In this document: piece after piece, positions 1 to 13,534 of the stretch
How positions within the stretch are numbered: the first letter of the stretch is position 1
How the letters are laid out: every line of letters begins with the position of its first letter
DNA from: the human T2T-CHM13v2.0 reference genome, Homo sapiens
DNA: 64,000 nt
Direction: 5' to 3' (one strand)
Assembly: GCF_009914755.1 (NCBI RefSeq)
Contig: NC_060935.1
The notes under the pieces: model-generated
The model's input: only the letters and a program-made list of their open reading frames with translations
Told to the model about the DNA's origin: nothing
Database searches by the model: none
Program-made: the position numbers and the translations under genes

Positions 1-415
1 CTTGGCTAGGATGGCTCAAATATTATAAAACATACAGCTTTGCTAATTAAAACAGCATGACATTGCCTTATAGGCAGGCAGATCACCAATGGAACAGCTT
101 TTTAAAAACCGCATGTAACTCCATTGTATATGAAGTTTCGTAAAAGAGGCAGCATCTCCAACCAGTGGGGAACAGATGGGCGGCTTCATGCGTGCTGCGG
201 GGTGGGTGGGTGGCCATGTGGAAAGTGACCAGACTGCACCCACTTGTCACATCACACACCAGGATAGACTCCCAGTGGGTCAGAAAACCACTTGGGTACC
301 TAAAGAAAGCGCCTGGAATTCTTTACCCTGAGAGCGAAGAAACTTTTCTATGACTTGAATGCTAGATGCGTGGAGGAGATTTATGTGTTTGACCACATAA
401 GAAAGAAGCAACCTT

Positions 416-712
<297 letters not shown>

Positions 713-1258
713 TCTTAATGGGAAACAGCCAATGCCAGGCTGGGGGAAGATGTGATGTTTCACGAAGGGTTAATCTGTTTACTACAGAAAGAGTTTCTGA
801 AAACAGAAGAAAACCCACAGCCAGCAGGAGATGTGAATACCACTCACAGGACAGTGACCCACAGGGGGACCTTGAACATGTGAGAAGGTGCCGCCTTCAC
901 TCCTGGCGAGAGGGGTGTCGAGGAAAATGTCACTGAGGTCCCTTCTGGCTGGCAGAAATCCTTTGGCATTTGCTGGTAGGCATGCAAGAGGGTAGACTCT
1001 GTGAGGAAGGGATTTGGCAACATCTAGCAAAACTGTCTTCACTGACCTATGACCCAGCAACCCCCTCCCCAGAACCTACCTGAAGGCACTGGCAAAGGCA
1101 GGAGAAGCTGCGTGTGCAGGGCTGCTTGTGAAAGTACTGTTTGGAAAACTGCAAATGCCCATTGTAGGAGACTGGTTGAATCAGAGATTTGTGGAATATT
1201 ATGCAGCTGTAAAAAAGGAATGCATAGATCTCTCTTATTATGAAGTGATTATCAGGAT

Positions 1259-1392
1259 TTATTTAATTATTTTTTTCAGGCAGGGTCTTGCTGTGTTGGC
1301 CAGGGTGGTCTTGAAATCTTGGCCTCAAGCAGTCCTCCCACCTCAGCCTCCCAAAGTGCTTAGATTACAGGTATGAGCCACCACACCTGGCG
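1259..1392 (-). mobile_element. FLAM (free left Alu monomer)
   Basis: Left monomer only. TSD TATCAGGAT at 1250-1258 and 1393-1401. Confidence 0.85.
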
Positions 1393-2384
1393 TATCAGGA
1401 TGCTTTTTAAGTGAAAAAGCACAGTGAATAAAAATATAGCAGCTATTCTTCATCTGATAAAGGGGAGGATGCAAGTCTGGATGTATATTAAAAACGAAAG
1501 CAATGGAAGCCTCCAAATCTTAAAAGTTTACCTCAAAAGGGTGGCGGGGGGGGAGGTGGCATATGGAATCAAGATGCCTCTGAATGTACCTGGTTTTATA
1601 GATTTCACTTTGAAGCCATGTAAATCAATAGCTTGCGTAATTTTTAAAAAGCTGTTCGTAATCGCTTGGTGAAAAATCCCTAAATAAATCTTAACCAGAA
1701 AAAGTAGTCCCTCAAAATTGAAATGAAACAAATGAGCCTAAAAATGTGTGCTGAATTAGTGGCTTAACCACCCAGAAGGACTGATTTCAGGTGACATATT
1801 TCTAGCGGGTTACTGCTGAAGACAAATAGAGCTGCATGCAGTGGCCACATAATTGTTGTGATACTATTTGTTATATTATTCTAAGAGTGCTGCATGGGAA
1901 TTGCAGGTTAAGGTAAGTAATTGTGTTGGTATCACCAAGAATGGAGGTTTTACAAAATATGATTCACATGTAAACAGAATTAAAAACAAAAACCGTATGA
2001 TCATCTCAATAGATGTAGAAAAAAACTTTTGATAAAATTCATCATCCCTTCATTAAAAAACCCTCAACAAAAATAGGCATCAAAGGAACATATCTCAATA
2101 AGAGCCATCTATGACAAACCCATGGTAAATGTGGTACTGAATGGGTAAAAGCGAGACACATTCCCCTTAAGAATAGGAACAAGACAAGGATGCCCACTTT
2201 CACCACTCCTATTCAAAATAATACTGGAGGTCCTAGTCAGAAAAATCAGGCAAGAGAAAGAAATAAAAGGGGATCCAAATAGGAAAAGAGGAACTCAAAT
2301 CATCTCCCTTCACCGATGATGATAAGATTCTATACCTAGAAAACCCTAAAGAGTCTGCCAAAAGCCTTCTGGAACTGTAAGTGA

Positions 2385-2718
<334 letters not shown>

Positions 2719-3379
2719 AATCAGCAGCATTCTTATACACCAATGATGTTCAAACTCAGAGCCAAATCAAGAATGCAATTCCATTTATAATAGACACAAA
2801 AAGAATAAAATACCCAGGAATACATCTAACCAAGGAGGTGAAAGATCTCTACACAAGAGTTACAAAACACTGCTGAAAGAAATCATAGATGACAGAAATG
2901 GAAAAACATTCCATGCTGATGGGTTGGAAGAATCAATATTGTTAAAATGGCCATACGGCCCAAAGCAATCTACAGATTCAATGCTATTCCTATCAAACTA
3001 CCAATGCCACTTTTCATAGAATTAGAAAAAACTATTCTAACATTCATGTAGAACCAAAAAAGAGCCGAAATAGCAAAAAAGGAACTAAGCCAGAGGCATC
3101 ACATTACCTGACTTCAAACTATACTTCAAGGCTACAGTAGCCAAAACAGCATGGTATTGGTACATAGACATATAGACCAATGGAACAGAATAGAGAACTC
3201 AGAAATAAAGCCACACACCTACAGCCATCTGATCATCAATAAAATCAACAAAAATATGCCATGGGGAAAAGACTTCATATTCAATAATGGCACAGGGATA
3301 ACTGGCTCCCCATATGCAGAGGAATGAAGTCAGACTCCTATCTATCACCATATACAAAAATTAAAGACAGATTAGACGT

Positions 3380-3644
3380 GGCCAGGCACAGTGGCTCATG
3401 CCTGTAATCCTAGCACTTTGGGAGGCCAAGGTGGGTGGATCATGGGGTCAGGAGTTTGAGACCAGCTTGGCCAAGGTGGTGAAACCCCATCTCTACTAAA
3501 AATACAAAAATTAGCTGGGTGTGGTGGTACGCACCTGTGGTCCCAGCTACCCGGGAAGCTGAGGCAGGAGATTGCACCACTGCGCTCCAGCCTGGGTGAC
3601 AAGAGCAAAACTCTATCTCAAAACAAAAAAAAAAAAATTAAAAA
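3380..3644 (+). mobile_element. AluS with ~40-bp internal deletion in the right arm
   Basis: GAGGCAGGAG joins directly to ATTGCACCAC. TSD AGATTAGAYGT at 3369-3379 and 3645-3655. Confidence 0.92.
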
Positions 3645-3961
3645 AGATTAGATGTAAACATTAGATTACAAACTGAAAAAATCCTGGAAGAAAATAGTCT
3701 TCTCAATATTGGCCTTGGCAAATAATATATAGCTAATAAGTCCTCAAAAGCAATTGCAACAAAACTAAAAATTCACAAGTGGGACCTAATTAAAGAGCTG
3801 CTGCACAGCAAGAGAGACTGCCAAGGGAATAAACAGATAACCTACAGAATGGGAGAAAATATTAGCAAACTTTGAACTGACAAAGGCCTAATATTCAAAG
3901 TCTACAAAGAATTAACAAATCAACAAGCAAAAAAACAACCCCATTAAAAAGTGGGCAAAAG

Positions 3962-4373
<412 letters not shown>

Positions 4374-5126
4374 TCATCACTGATCATCAGAGAAATGCAA
4401 ATCAAAGTCACAATGAGATACCATCTCACGCCAGTCAGAATGGCCTTTGTTTAAAAAGTCTCAAAACAACAGATGCTGGAGAGGCAGTAGAGAAAGGGGA
4501 ACACTTACACCCTGTTGACGGGAGTGTAAATGAGTCCAGCCACCATGGAAGGCAGTTTGGAGATTTCCCAAAGAACCAAGAGTTGAACTACCATTCGATC
4601 CAGCAGTCCCATGTGCTGAGTTTATACCCAAAGAAAAATTAGTCGTTCTACCAAAAAGACATATGCACCTAAACATTCATGGCAGAAAGACATGAGTCAA
4701 CTCAGGTGCCTGTCAATGGTAGATCGAATAAAGCAAATGTGATATATATACACCATGGAATACTATGCAGACGTGAAAATCATGTCCTTTGCAGCAACAT
4801 GGATGCAGCTGGAGGTCGTTATCCTAAGTAAATTAATGCAGAAACTGAAAACCAAATACTGCGTGGTCTCATGGATTATAAGTGAGGGCTAAACATCAAA
4901 TCCATGTGGACATAATGATGAGAACAAGAGACACTGGGGAATACAAGAGTGGGGAGGGGGGAAGGGGAGCAAGGTTTGAAAAGTTACCTGTGGGTGCTGT
5001 GCGCACTACGTGGGAGACCGGATCGTTTGTACTCCAAACCTCAGCATCATGCAATATACCTTTGTGACAAACCTGCACTTGTACCTCCTGAACCTATTAA
5101 AAAAGTTGAATAAAATGGAAACTTTT

Positions 5127-6200
5127 GGCATGGGAGAAAAAAAAAAAAAACAGATGTAAGTTAGAAGAGGTTACGCAAAAATCCTCCATCCCTGCATTTG
5201 AATGAGGACTATCAGTATGCATCCAGGATGACGTTTACTTAAATATCTCTGTTTCCTGGAAAGGCCCAGGACCAAGGACCACTCAGCAGCTAAGAGCATC
5301 TCTAGACCCCAGACTGTGGCCTCTAGGTACCATTTCCCCCTGAAAGAAACCAGGGCCCCTGGCGGATTCCAGGTCTGTGGCAGAAGATGTGCAAGCTAAG
5401 CCTGGAGTATTCATCACAGCAGAAGGCAGGGAAGTTATCAGAGGCCCCCTAGGGCCATGTCACTGGAACTTGAAGGGGTCCTTGTCTTCCCCCTTCTCCC
5501 CAAGCTGAAGATGCAGTGGGTAAGCCTCACTGAAAATAACAGAGGAAGTGGATGAGCTGCATTGATGGGGTTCAGATCCCAAGTTCATCCTGATACTGAG
5601 GGGCAAAACCAGTGGACTTTGATTTGCATTTCTCTAAAGATCTGTGGAGGTCAATAGGGAGACCGCTCATGATGTTGAATCCCGGCAAGCAAACGGAGAG
5701 AATCTGACATGTGTCCCAGTCGTGATTAACCTGTGAACTGTAACTCGGGGAAACCCAGTAGCTGATGGGGTTGCGTCCTTCTTTGGGACTCCCGCAGATG
5801 CCTGAGGCGGCAGTGCTGCTGAAGTCCTGCCAGGCTCCAGCTCCTGGTGAGGTCAGGGATTCCGCATGCAGCGTCACAGCTGCCAACCTCTCCAAAGCAG
5901 TAAAGGCCTTCGGACAGTGCACAGAAAGTGCTCCCATCCACAATGCTTCCTTGCCTGGATGGATGGATGGATGGATGGATGGATGGATGGATGGATGGAT
6001 GGATGGATGGATCGATCGATCTCACCAAGCCTCGTGCTCTAAGTACAAGTTTACTGGAAATACTCGGGCCAGAGGAACGCGCTAAATGATACTACAGGAG
6101 GCCACTTGCAGAATCCCAGTGGTGGGGGATGGCTCTGTAGGACACATGACCTGATTTCCTCAGTAAGTCAATGACCAAGAAATAACGGAGAGAAGGAGGA
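5127..6200 (+). mobile_element. L1MC4-like 3' UTR, part 2
   Basis: Recalled L1MC4 3' UTR motifs: CAGATGTAAG.., GAAACCAGGGCCCCT..GATTCCAGG and GTTTACTGGAAATAC..GAGGAAC..AAATGATAC. The right boundary is approximate. Confidence 0.6.
5957..6020 (+). repeat. (GGAT)14(CGAT)2 tetranucleotide microsatellite
   Basis: Read directly from the sequence. Confidence 0.97.
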
Positions 6201-6482
6201 AAGAATCACCTATCCACCAATTGTGACATATGGCCTTAGTTAGGTCCTCAATAAATGATGACAAATATTGGATTAAATTACTTCTGGTTTGCTGCATGTT
6301 CCATTTTTGCCCATGCCGCACCTGCCATGGTGCATTTCTGATTCCCGTGCCCAGTTGGGAGGCTTTGGGGTTGTTGGGATGCTTTTGTGAATGGCTTCCT
6401 TCCTTCCCAGGCACAGGGGCTTTATGGGGCTCTGGAGCAGACAGACCAGAGTTTGCACCCAGCTCCCAGCTGGCCATGTTAC

Positions 6483-6628
6483 CTCAACTGCAAAACGAGA
6501 GACGGACTTCCTTGGGACGCGGTGGTGGGGACACTGTGGTCTGTCTCCTCTGGGCGCCCCGTGGCGCCCGGTGGTGTGAGGTTAGGATGTGGGGCGTGGT
6601 GTCCAGGGACTGTGTGGCCTGCCTGGAG
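6483..6628 (-). other. Candidate exon (146 nt) of an unidentified minus-strand transcript or pseudogene
   Basis: Acceptor TTTGTCTCTGCCCAG| and donor GAG|GTAACA. Open in phase 0. Confidence 0.35.
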
Positions 6629-6771
6629 CTGGGCAGAGACAAAGCATGCATGTGACACTCCCTGACTTCAGGCCATAACAGGGGCAGGGGTGGGGGGCAA
6701 TCAGGGTTCCTAGAGGACAACCCCATGTAGTTCCTCACTGCAGGGCTTGGAGGGAGCAGGTGAAGGCTTAC

Positions 6772-6969
6772 CTGTCTTAGGTAATGAGGAGCTGTGCGGG
6801 TCTGAGACAGCTCTGGTTCCTTTAAGGGTATGTAGGGGTCACTGCCAGTCTGTAGCTCCCTCTGTGGGGGCAGGCTGTGGCACTGTGGCGACTGGCAGTA
6901 CTGACTTCCTCTAAGCCAACCGGGCAGGGACAAGTCAGCTTGTTGTTCCGTCCACAGTAGAGGGCGGCC
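6772..6969 (-). other. Candidate exon (198 nt) of the same unit
   Basis: Acceptor CCGTTCACCCCCAG|G and donor CAG|GTAAGC. Length divisible by 3. One fully open frame. Confidence 0.4.
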
Positions 6970-7424
6970 CTGGGGGTGAACGGCTGACCGTGAGGGCGTG
7001 GTCCCTCCCCCCAGACCACCCCGGAGGCCCCCTCCGCCCTCCTGCCTACAAAGAGTTCCCCCTTTGTGTTGAGAGGCCTGGGTCTCAGAGGTAGATGAAT
7101 GGAGTCGTGAAATCAGGCAGGGATTCCCTTCTGCTTAAAACCCACTCTCCTTCCCATGCAGCACAGGTGGCCAAAACCTGCGGCTGGGTCAGAGGACTGG
7201 TTTAGTAAGAATTTTTTTTTTTTTAAATGTGGTTATCTGCTAGCCAGAAAAGGTGTGTGGTTTCGCAGTCTTTCAGACAAACTGAATTTAATAGTAGCTG
7301 ACGTGAACCCCTGTTTCTCCTCTAGGCTCCAGAGCCGCACCCCAGTGCAGGTGTGGAAGCTCAGTTCCTCCAAAACCCAGACAGGCCTTGGTGTCCTGAC
7401 TGCCACCCCCAGGGGGCCCCTCAC

Positions 7425-7558
7425 TCGAGTCCTTGCTTGCAGTGCCCATGGGCAGCAGAGGTGTCCGGAGATGCAACAGGGCCCAGACCCCTACCAGCCT
7501 GTGGCCCAGCTGGGGGCAGGACTCCGGGGCAGGGTGAGTCCCTGCGTGACCTGATTCT
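7425..7558 (-). other. Weaker candidate exon (134 nt)
   Basis: Acceptor CCTGCCCACAG| and donor CGA|GTGAGG. Confidence 0.2.
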
Positions 7559-9052
7559 CTGTGGGCAGGCCGGGCAGGGTGGCTGCAGGGCGGCGGAGCC
7601 TGTGCTGCTGGCCTGCATTTCTCTGGCTGGACAGATACTGCGCCCATATCCCTGGTCTTTCAAAGGGCTCTGTGGCTGGTGGAGGGCAGCAATGCCCCAA
7701 GGGAGGAGCAGGTGCCCAAGCCCCCAGGTGGCCCTGCGGGTACAGGTACTTGTTTACTCTGTGGCATCAGTCCTGCTTCCCAGCTCAAGGCCCTGGCCTC
7801 CACAGGCCTCCTCCCTCCCTCCCTCCCTCCCTCCTTCCCTTTTTTCCTGTGGCTCCAAGGCCCACAGTAGAAAGGCTCCAGTCTGTGTCCATGTGTTTTG
7901 GAGGCCTCTCAGGTACAGGGACTGTCAGCCCAGCTGTAAGTGGACCTTGGACCGCAAATTTGCATGGGCCCCTTTGCCAAAGCCCTGTGCCCACTGCTGG
8001 GGAACGCTGGGGACTCCGCTCTTGTGGGGCAGTGGGGCTGGGTGGGAGCAACCCCCCATCCGGGTGGCTGTGGCCGAGGCCCTTATGAGAGGGTGGTAGG
8101 TGTGTCTCCACAGTGGGGGACCAGATCTCTCTCTGGCCCCAAAGACTGCTTCAAGCCTCTGGAGGAGCACTTTGCCCCAGGCTGGGGCGTGACTGCTTCT
8201 GGTTGAGGGTTGCTGCCTGTGCAGGTGGCCCTCTTGTCGGTCTTGTCTGCTGCATGGGGGTGTGGCCTCCTGTGGATGGCCCCTGTCCTGGGTGGTACTG
8301 CTGCAGGACCTGGGTTTCCGGGGGTGTCCGGGAGTCGGATGGGCCTCACTCTCCTGGCCTCCACTGGGTCCAGGAGTGGCGATCTGTGAGCCAATGGCCG
8401 TGGCTGGGGGCAGCCTGGGGTGTTGAGAGGCCCTGGGCAGCCACCTTGCCTCTCTGAGTTTGTCCTCATGTGTCTCTGGGGCTGGAACTCGGTGTCCGAC
8501 CTGGTGATGGGTCAGGTGTGATCAGGTGTGTGGGGCTCGGTCTGCATGTGCAGGGCTGTTTGAAGGCCTGTGGGGCCATCTGATGCCCCCCTTTTCTTCA
8601 GCCTTGGAGAGGATGGCTTCTCAGGCCGCCTCGCAGCAGATTTGTAGTCTGGTTGCTGTCGTTCCTGAAATAGCCTCTGAAGCTCTGTCCGGGAAGGGAA
8701 CCTTGAGTGTGGAGGAGATAAGCCTGCTGACTGGGTGAGCCGGCCGGGGCGGGGGTGGCCCCTCTTCCCTTCCTCCCCTGCAGCTTCCATGGCCTGGGGC
8801 TGTGAGAGGCCCGGGAAGGCACTGTCTTTGCGCCTGCACATGTGTGTGTCTGGAGTGTAGGATGGCACTGGTGCCGGGCCTGGATTTACTCAGCCCAGAT
8901 CACGGCTGCTTTTGTTTACGTGGCCCCTGCTCTCACCCACAACTCCAGGTTTCTGGCTCTCGGGAATTTGAGGCCTGTGGCTGCTGTGGACCCTGGGAAA
9001 GAGCCTGTGCTTCCTGAGCCAGTGCGGGGCCTGGCATGGAGTAGGTACCCCG

Positions 9053-9225
9053 GGGGTGGACAGATAGGCAGAGGAAGGGATGGGCAGGTGGATGGGGGGC
9101 TGAATTGTGGTCAGTTATGGGTGGCGGGTAGATGGGTGGACAGCTGGATAGATGAAGTACTGGGTGGGTGGAGAGAGAAAGGGGTGGGTGGACGGAGGGA
9201 TGGGCAGGGAGAGAAATGGATGGGG
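9053..9225 (+). repeat. Degenerate GGAT/GGGT-rich low-complexity tract
   Basis: GGTGGA/GATGG/GGGTGG units. Pyrimidine-rich on the minus strand. Confidence 0.7.
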
Positions 9226-12200
9226 CATGCTGCTTCCAGCACCCACTGGGTGCAGCTGTCTGCTGTCTGCTGTCCTGGGGGAAGGTCTGGAGAGGGCCTC
9301 TCGGTGAGTGTGGACTCAGCCAGCCTAGTCCCAATACAGCTGGGATGCATTGCTGCTCCTTCCGCCATCCCAGCAGCTGTCCAGAGATGAGACCCAGCCC
9401 CACTGTGTCTTTCTGGGATTCACAAGAATCCTTCCCTGGGCTGAGGGGGCGTTGCTGTGGGTGTATCTCATGGAGAGCCCCAAGGAGCCAGGGAGGAGCC
9501 TTCTGGTGGTTTGGGTTCTGGATTGGTGGGTGCTGGGTGGGTCTTCATGGCTGTTCTTGGGGCTGCCAGGCCTGCAAGGTAGACAGGCCTCTGGACTTGA
9601 GTGTGGCTGTGGACGAGGGCAGCGTCGCCATCAGAGGCGATGTCTAGGGCCACCCCCTCTGACTTGCCTCCTCCTCCTTCTGACTTGCCTCCTCTCTCTG
9701 ACGGGCCTGCTCCTGAGCTTGACACCTGCCTGGGGGCTCCCGGCGAAGGCCGCTGGTTTCTAGAATGCACCATCTCTTCCTGGCATGACGGGAACCACCT
9801 GTGACATTGCCACCACCTCGCTGTAATCTGGGCAGCAGCTGTCATGATCCCACCATGTGCCCCCCGTGAGGCCCCCACCTGTTACTGAGTGGCAGGGACG
9901 TGCTCCCACACCCCCATGCGCCATCCTGCAGGTGCTTTCTGCTGACTTCTGTGTGCCCTGGGGCCTGCTCTCTTGGTAGGGGTTGACCCTGCCTGTGACT
10001 TAGACAGCTTGGAGGGCCAGGACTGAGGGGAGGGGGCGGTGGAGTGAAGGGGAGGGTGGGCGCTGCTGGCAAGAACCACAGGCAAAGAGGGTGCCGGGGG
10101 CAGGGAAGGCCTGGAGGTTTGAGGAGCAGAAAGTAGACCCTTGACCCTCCCTGGGCTGGTGAGTCGGGGCCCAGCCCAGAGTGACAGGGACCAAACCTGG
10201 GTCCATGTGCCGTGCCCAGCCTGGGGTTCAGGTTTCTTCCCCGTGAGCTGAGCAGACAGGGAGGGTCTTGGGGGAAGGCTGTGGGCCCTTGGGTGGAAGA
10301 GTCTTGGGTGAGGCCCCTGAACTGGTAAGCGGGGCAGCGGCGGCAGGGGGCCCAGGGAAGTGGGGCCAGTCGGGGGTCCTCAGGGGTCCTTCAGGGATAT
10401 ACCTGCTGTCAGGGTGTGGGGAGTGGGAAGTGGGGGACGGGGTGGATTCCAGGATTCCGGGTTGTGCTTGGTCAGAGTGGGGAACTGGACGCTCCGTCCC
10501 TGGCTCAGCCTCTCCCGGCTGTGACCTTGGGGGACCATTGACTTTACTGTGTGCCTGGAGAGCCTAATCCCTACCTGCCAGTGGGTGACACAGAAGGCAG
10601 GAATGCAGAAGGCCTTTCAGAAGTTCTCACTGGCCTGCAAGGTAGAGGCTGTTTTCTGCTGAGGATACATTTGCCCCCTCTATCCCCCAGATCGGCGGCT
10701 GCTCAAGGAGCCTGGTACAGCTGCACGGAGGCGCAGCACCCACAGGACAAGTGGTGGAATGTTCTGGTTGTCCTTGGTGCAGGTGGCGGGCGGGGCTGGG
10801 GGGCTCTGTAGCCTTCCTGGCTTCGGTCCCCTGGACAGGCTCCACCTCCCTCTTATCGTGGCCCCTTTGGCAGGCTGCCTGCCACCTCAAAGTCACGCCG
10901 CCCTGGGCACCCTGCCTCTTCCGGGGACTGGGGCTGGGGCTGGGGCAGCTGTGTTTATGGGTGTACTCCCTGTGCTGGGCACTGCGCTGAGCTCAACACA
11001 CAGGGGCTCGGGGAGGTCTGTGGGTGCCCAGGCCGAGATGTGAACCCTGAGTTTGTGCAACTCGAGTTTCAGAGTGGCGGCCTCTGCTCCTCACAAGACA
11101 TTGCCCTGCGAGGGGGTCAGCCCTGAAGCCGGATGGCCCGGCCCCCGCTACCACGTGGAGGCTCCCTGTAGGTGCTTGTGTAGATGCCCCCGTGCGGGGA
11201 CTTGTTTGGCTGATGGATCAGGGGGAAGGTTCTCCCCACGGTGTGAGGCAGCACCGAGGGCTCCGTGCCCAGCAGGCTCACTGTCGGCAGTTGGGTCTGG
11301 TTTGATAACCGTGGACCGGGGTGACAGGCCCTGACTCTGCAGAGCAGGACTGTGGAAAATGGACACTGATGCTGCCCGGTGGATCCAGGCAGGGCCGGGA
11401 TGTTTGCAGGACCCACGGGACAATTAGAACGACTGGGCCTGACTGGCACAGGGATGTGGACTACGGTGCTTGCCATCAGCAGATACAAGCTGTACGCAGT
11501 GGGCCGCAGGCGCTCCCTGGGCCGGAACACATGGACGTCCAGGTGTGGAATGGCCCGGACAGCAGATAACAAGCCTTCGTCGTGGTCACCCCTGGGTGTG
11601 GGCTGTGGGTTTTAATCTTTTCATTTTTGCTCATCTGAATTTTCTAATTAAAAATATATTGCTTTTTAAAAATAATAAAAGATCATTTAAATTAAAATAT
11701 ATAAGTGAGGAGAGGCTGGTAAGAGGATTCTGGAGTCCCTGGAGTGTCTTCTGGCATCGCATGGATGAGAACTCTGAATGAATTGAGTGTGATTTGACCT
11801 AGGAGAGTGCCGGGGTGGGGGCAGGTGCACTGTGGTCCTGGGTCCACATGGTGCTAGGGTCCCATGGGCTCCTGGCCCCTGGCTGCTGCCCCCACATTGG
11901 GCCCTGCACCAGGCATGAGTCCCATGTCCTGTCCTTGGGGAGGCCTGGGGGACAGGAGTTGGGGGGGTGGGCAGTGCCTCTGTGTGGCAGATTCCAGCTT
12001 CTCTCAGGGGCCAGGATTACATGGTCCGTGTTGGACTCTGGGATGCTGGTGGGAAGAACAGTCTGGGCGAGGAGGAAAGGGTGGCTCTGCTGACCCCTCC
12101 TAGGTGGGCTGGGGCTGAGGCGGATCCCACTGTGGGGAGCTGCCCAGAGATGGAAGGAGCTGGAGTCCACAGGGCGCTTCTCTTCTCTTTTCCTGTGTGT

Positions 12201-12275
12201 TAAGGTAGTTCAAAGTCCTCCTGCCCGAGGAAGTAAGACAGCAATCTCTGGGGTCCTGGGCACCAACTCTGGGCA

Positions 12276-12586
12276 CTGATGGGCTGGTCCAGTGCAGGGA
12301 GCTGCCCCGGCCGCCCCCGTGGGTGCAGGCCATGGGCTCTTGTTTCCTTTCCCCCATCTGTAAAATGGGTAACGGCCGCTCCTTCAGGGGCTGTTAGCCA
12401 CATGCTTAGACCGCACCGAGAAAATGCAGTCCCTCCAGAGCTCCTAACCTTCCATGGGCCACAGGCCCCTTCCCAGAAGTTTTTTTATTTTTTATTTTTT
12501 TTTGAAGCAGGGTCTCACTCTGTCGCCTAGGTTAGAGTGCAGTGGCACAGTCATCACTCACTGCAGTGCGACCTCCTGGGCTCAAG
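12276..12586 (+). repeat. Local duplication copy A (unique DNA + MIR piece + truncated Alu 3' end)
   Basis: Colinear with 15265-15574, e.g. GTGGGTGCAGGCCATG, CCCCATCTGTAAAAT, GGGCTGTTAGCCAC, GGCCACAGGCCC-TTCCCAGAAGTTT. Confidence 0.9.
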
Positions 12587-13534
12587 CTGGCACCGTGACC
12601 CCTTCTCCAAGGCCTGCCAGGCTGGCCTCCAGTCCAGGTGTGAGGCCCTGAGGCCCTGGCTGCAGCTGGAAGCTCTTGGGCAGTGCACTGTCCCCACAGC
12701 GGACTGCCTCCTGCAGCCAGGTGGCCTTAGGTGATCCTCCAAGGTCCAGCCAGCCAGGATCTGAGTCAGGAGGAACCACGGCCCCCACCAGGGCTGAGAC
12801 TCCTCTGAGCTCGTCACTTGTCTTGGTTGGGTAGAGGCCTGAGAGGGTGGACACTTGCCCAGGGTCACACAGCTTGTGCGTAGCAGAGCTCCCTGTCCGG
12901 CCCCTGCCCCGTGCTGGCCCCTCTCACACCTTGCTCACGCTAGGTGCCTTGTACCAGTGCCTGCTTGGGGGTGGAATTGGAGAGGGGAGGGGTGGGCGCC
13001 GAGCTCTGCCTCCCACCAGCATGCTTCCCAGAGCTTCCTGGGAGAAGGTTTACGGAGGAGTGGCCTTGTCTGGTGTCCCTCTGGGTAGAGCCTGTGTTCC
13101 GGGCAGGCTGGGAACAATGAATGGTACAGATCCACGGCTCCCCTTGGGCCTTGGTGGGCTCCAGCCATGCCTCCTGGAAGGCCATTTGGAGCCTGGCTGG
13201 CAGGCAGGAGCTGTGTGCTGCCAGGCGGGTCTAGATGTGGTTGGTTCCTGGCTGCACCTGCCGGGCTCATGACCTGCCCTGTCCTTTCCTTGGGGAGCTT
13301 GGTGACGGCTCAGGTCGACTCCCAGGGGCCCGCCCTTCAGGGCCTGCATGAGTGTTCTCGGGCTGGCTATGGGGGCATTGCTTCTTCCTGTCCTAGCCGG
13401 GACCTGCCCATCCACCCAGGGGGCTCAGGGACGTTTTTGAGTTTTCCTGAGGCTTTGCCTAGGGAGTGTCGCTGAGGAAGCTGGAACAGTGACCTTCGTT
13501 GTTGGGGGAGGAGATGCAGGCAGGCTGTGGCCCA

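Noticed and set aside
5572-5943. 123-aa minus-strand ORF
   Set aside because: It is antisense to the L1MC4-like 3' UTR and starts next to the GGAT repeat.
8114-8783. Plus-strand splice signals (CCACAG at 8113, GTGAGC at 8735, CCTGCAG at 8783)
   Set aside because: The implied 49-nt intron is too short and no coherent exon chain results.
9569-10646. Exact 15-mer GGCCTGCAAGGTAGA at 9569 and 10632
   Set aside because: There is no flanking homology, and one such match is plausible by chance in ~30 kb of GC-rich DNA.
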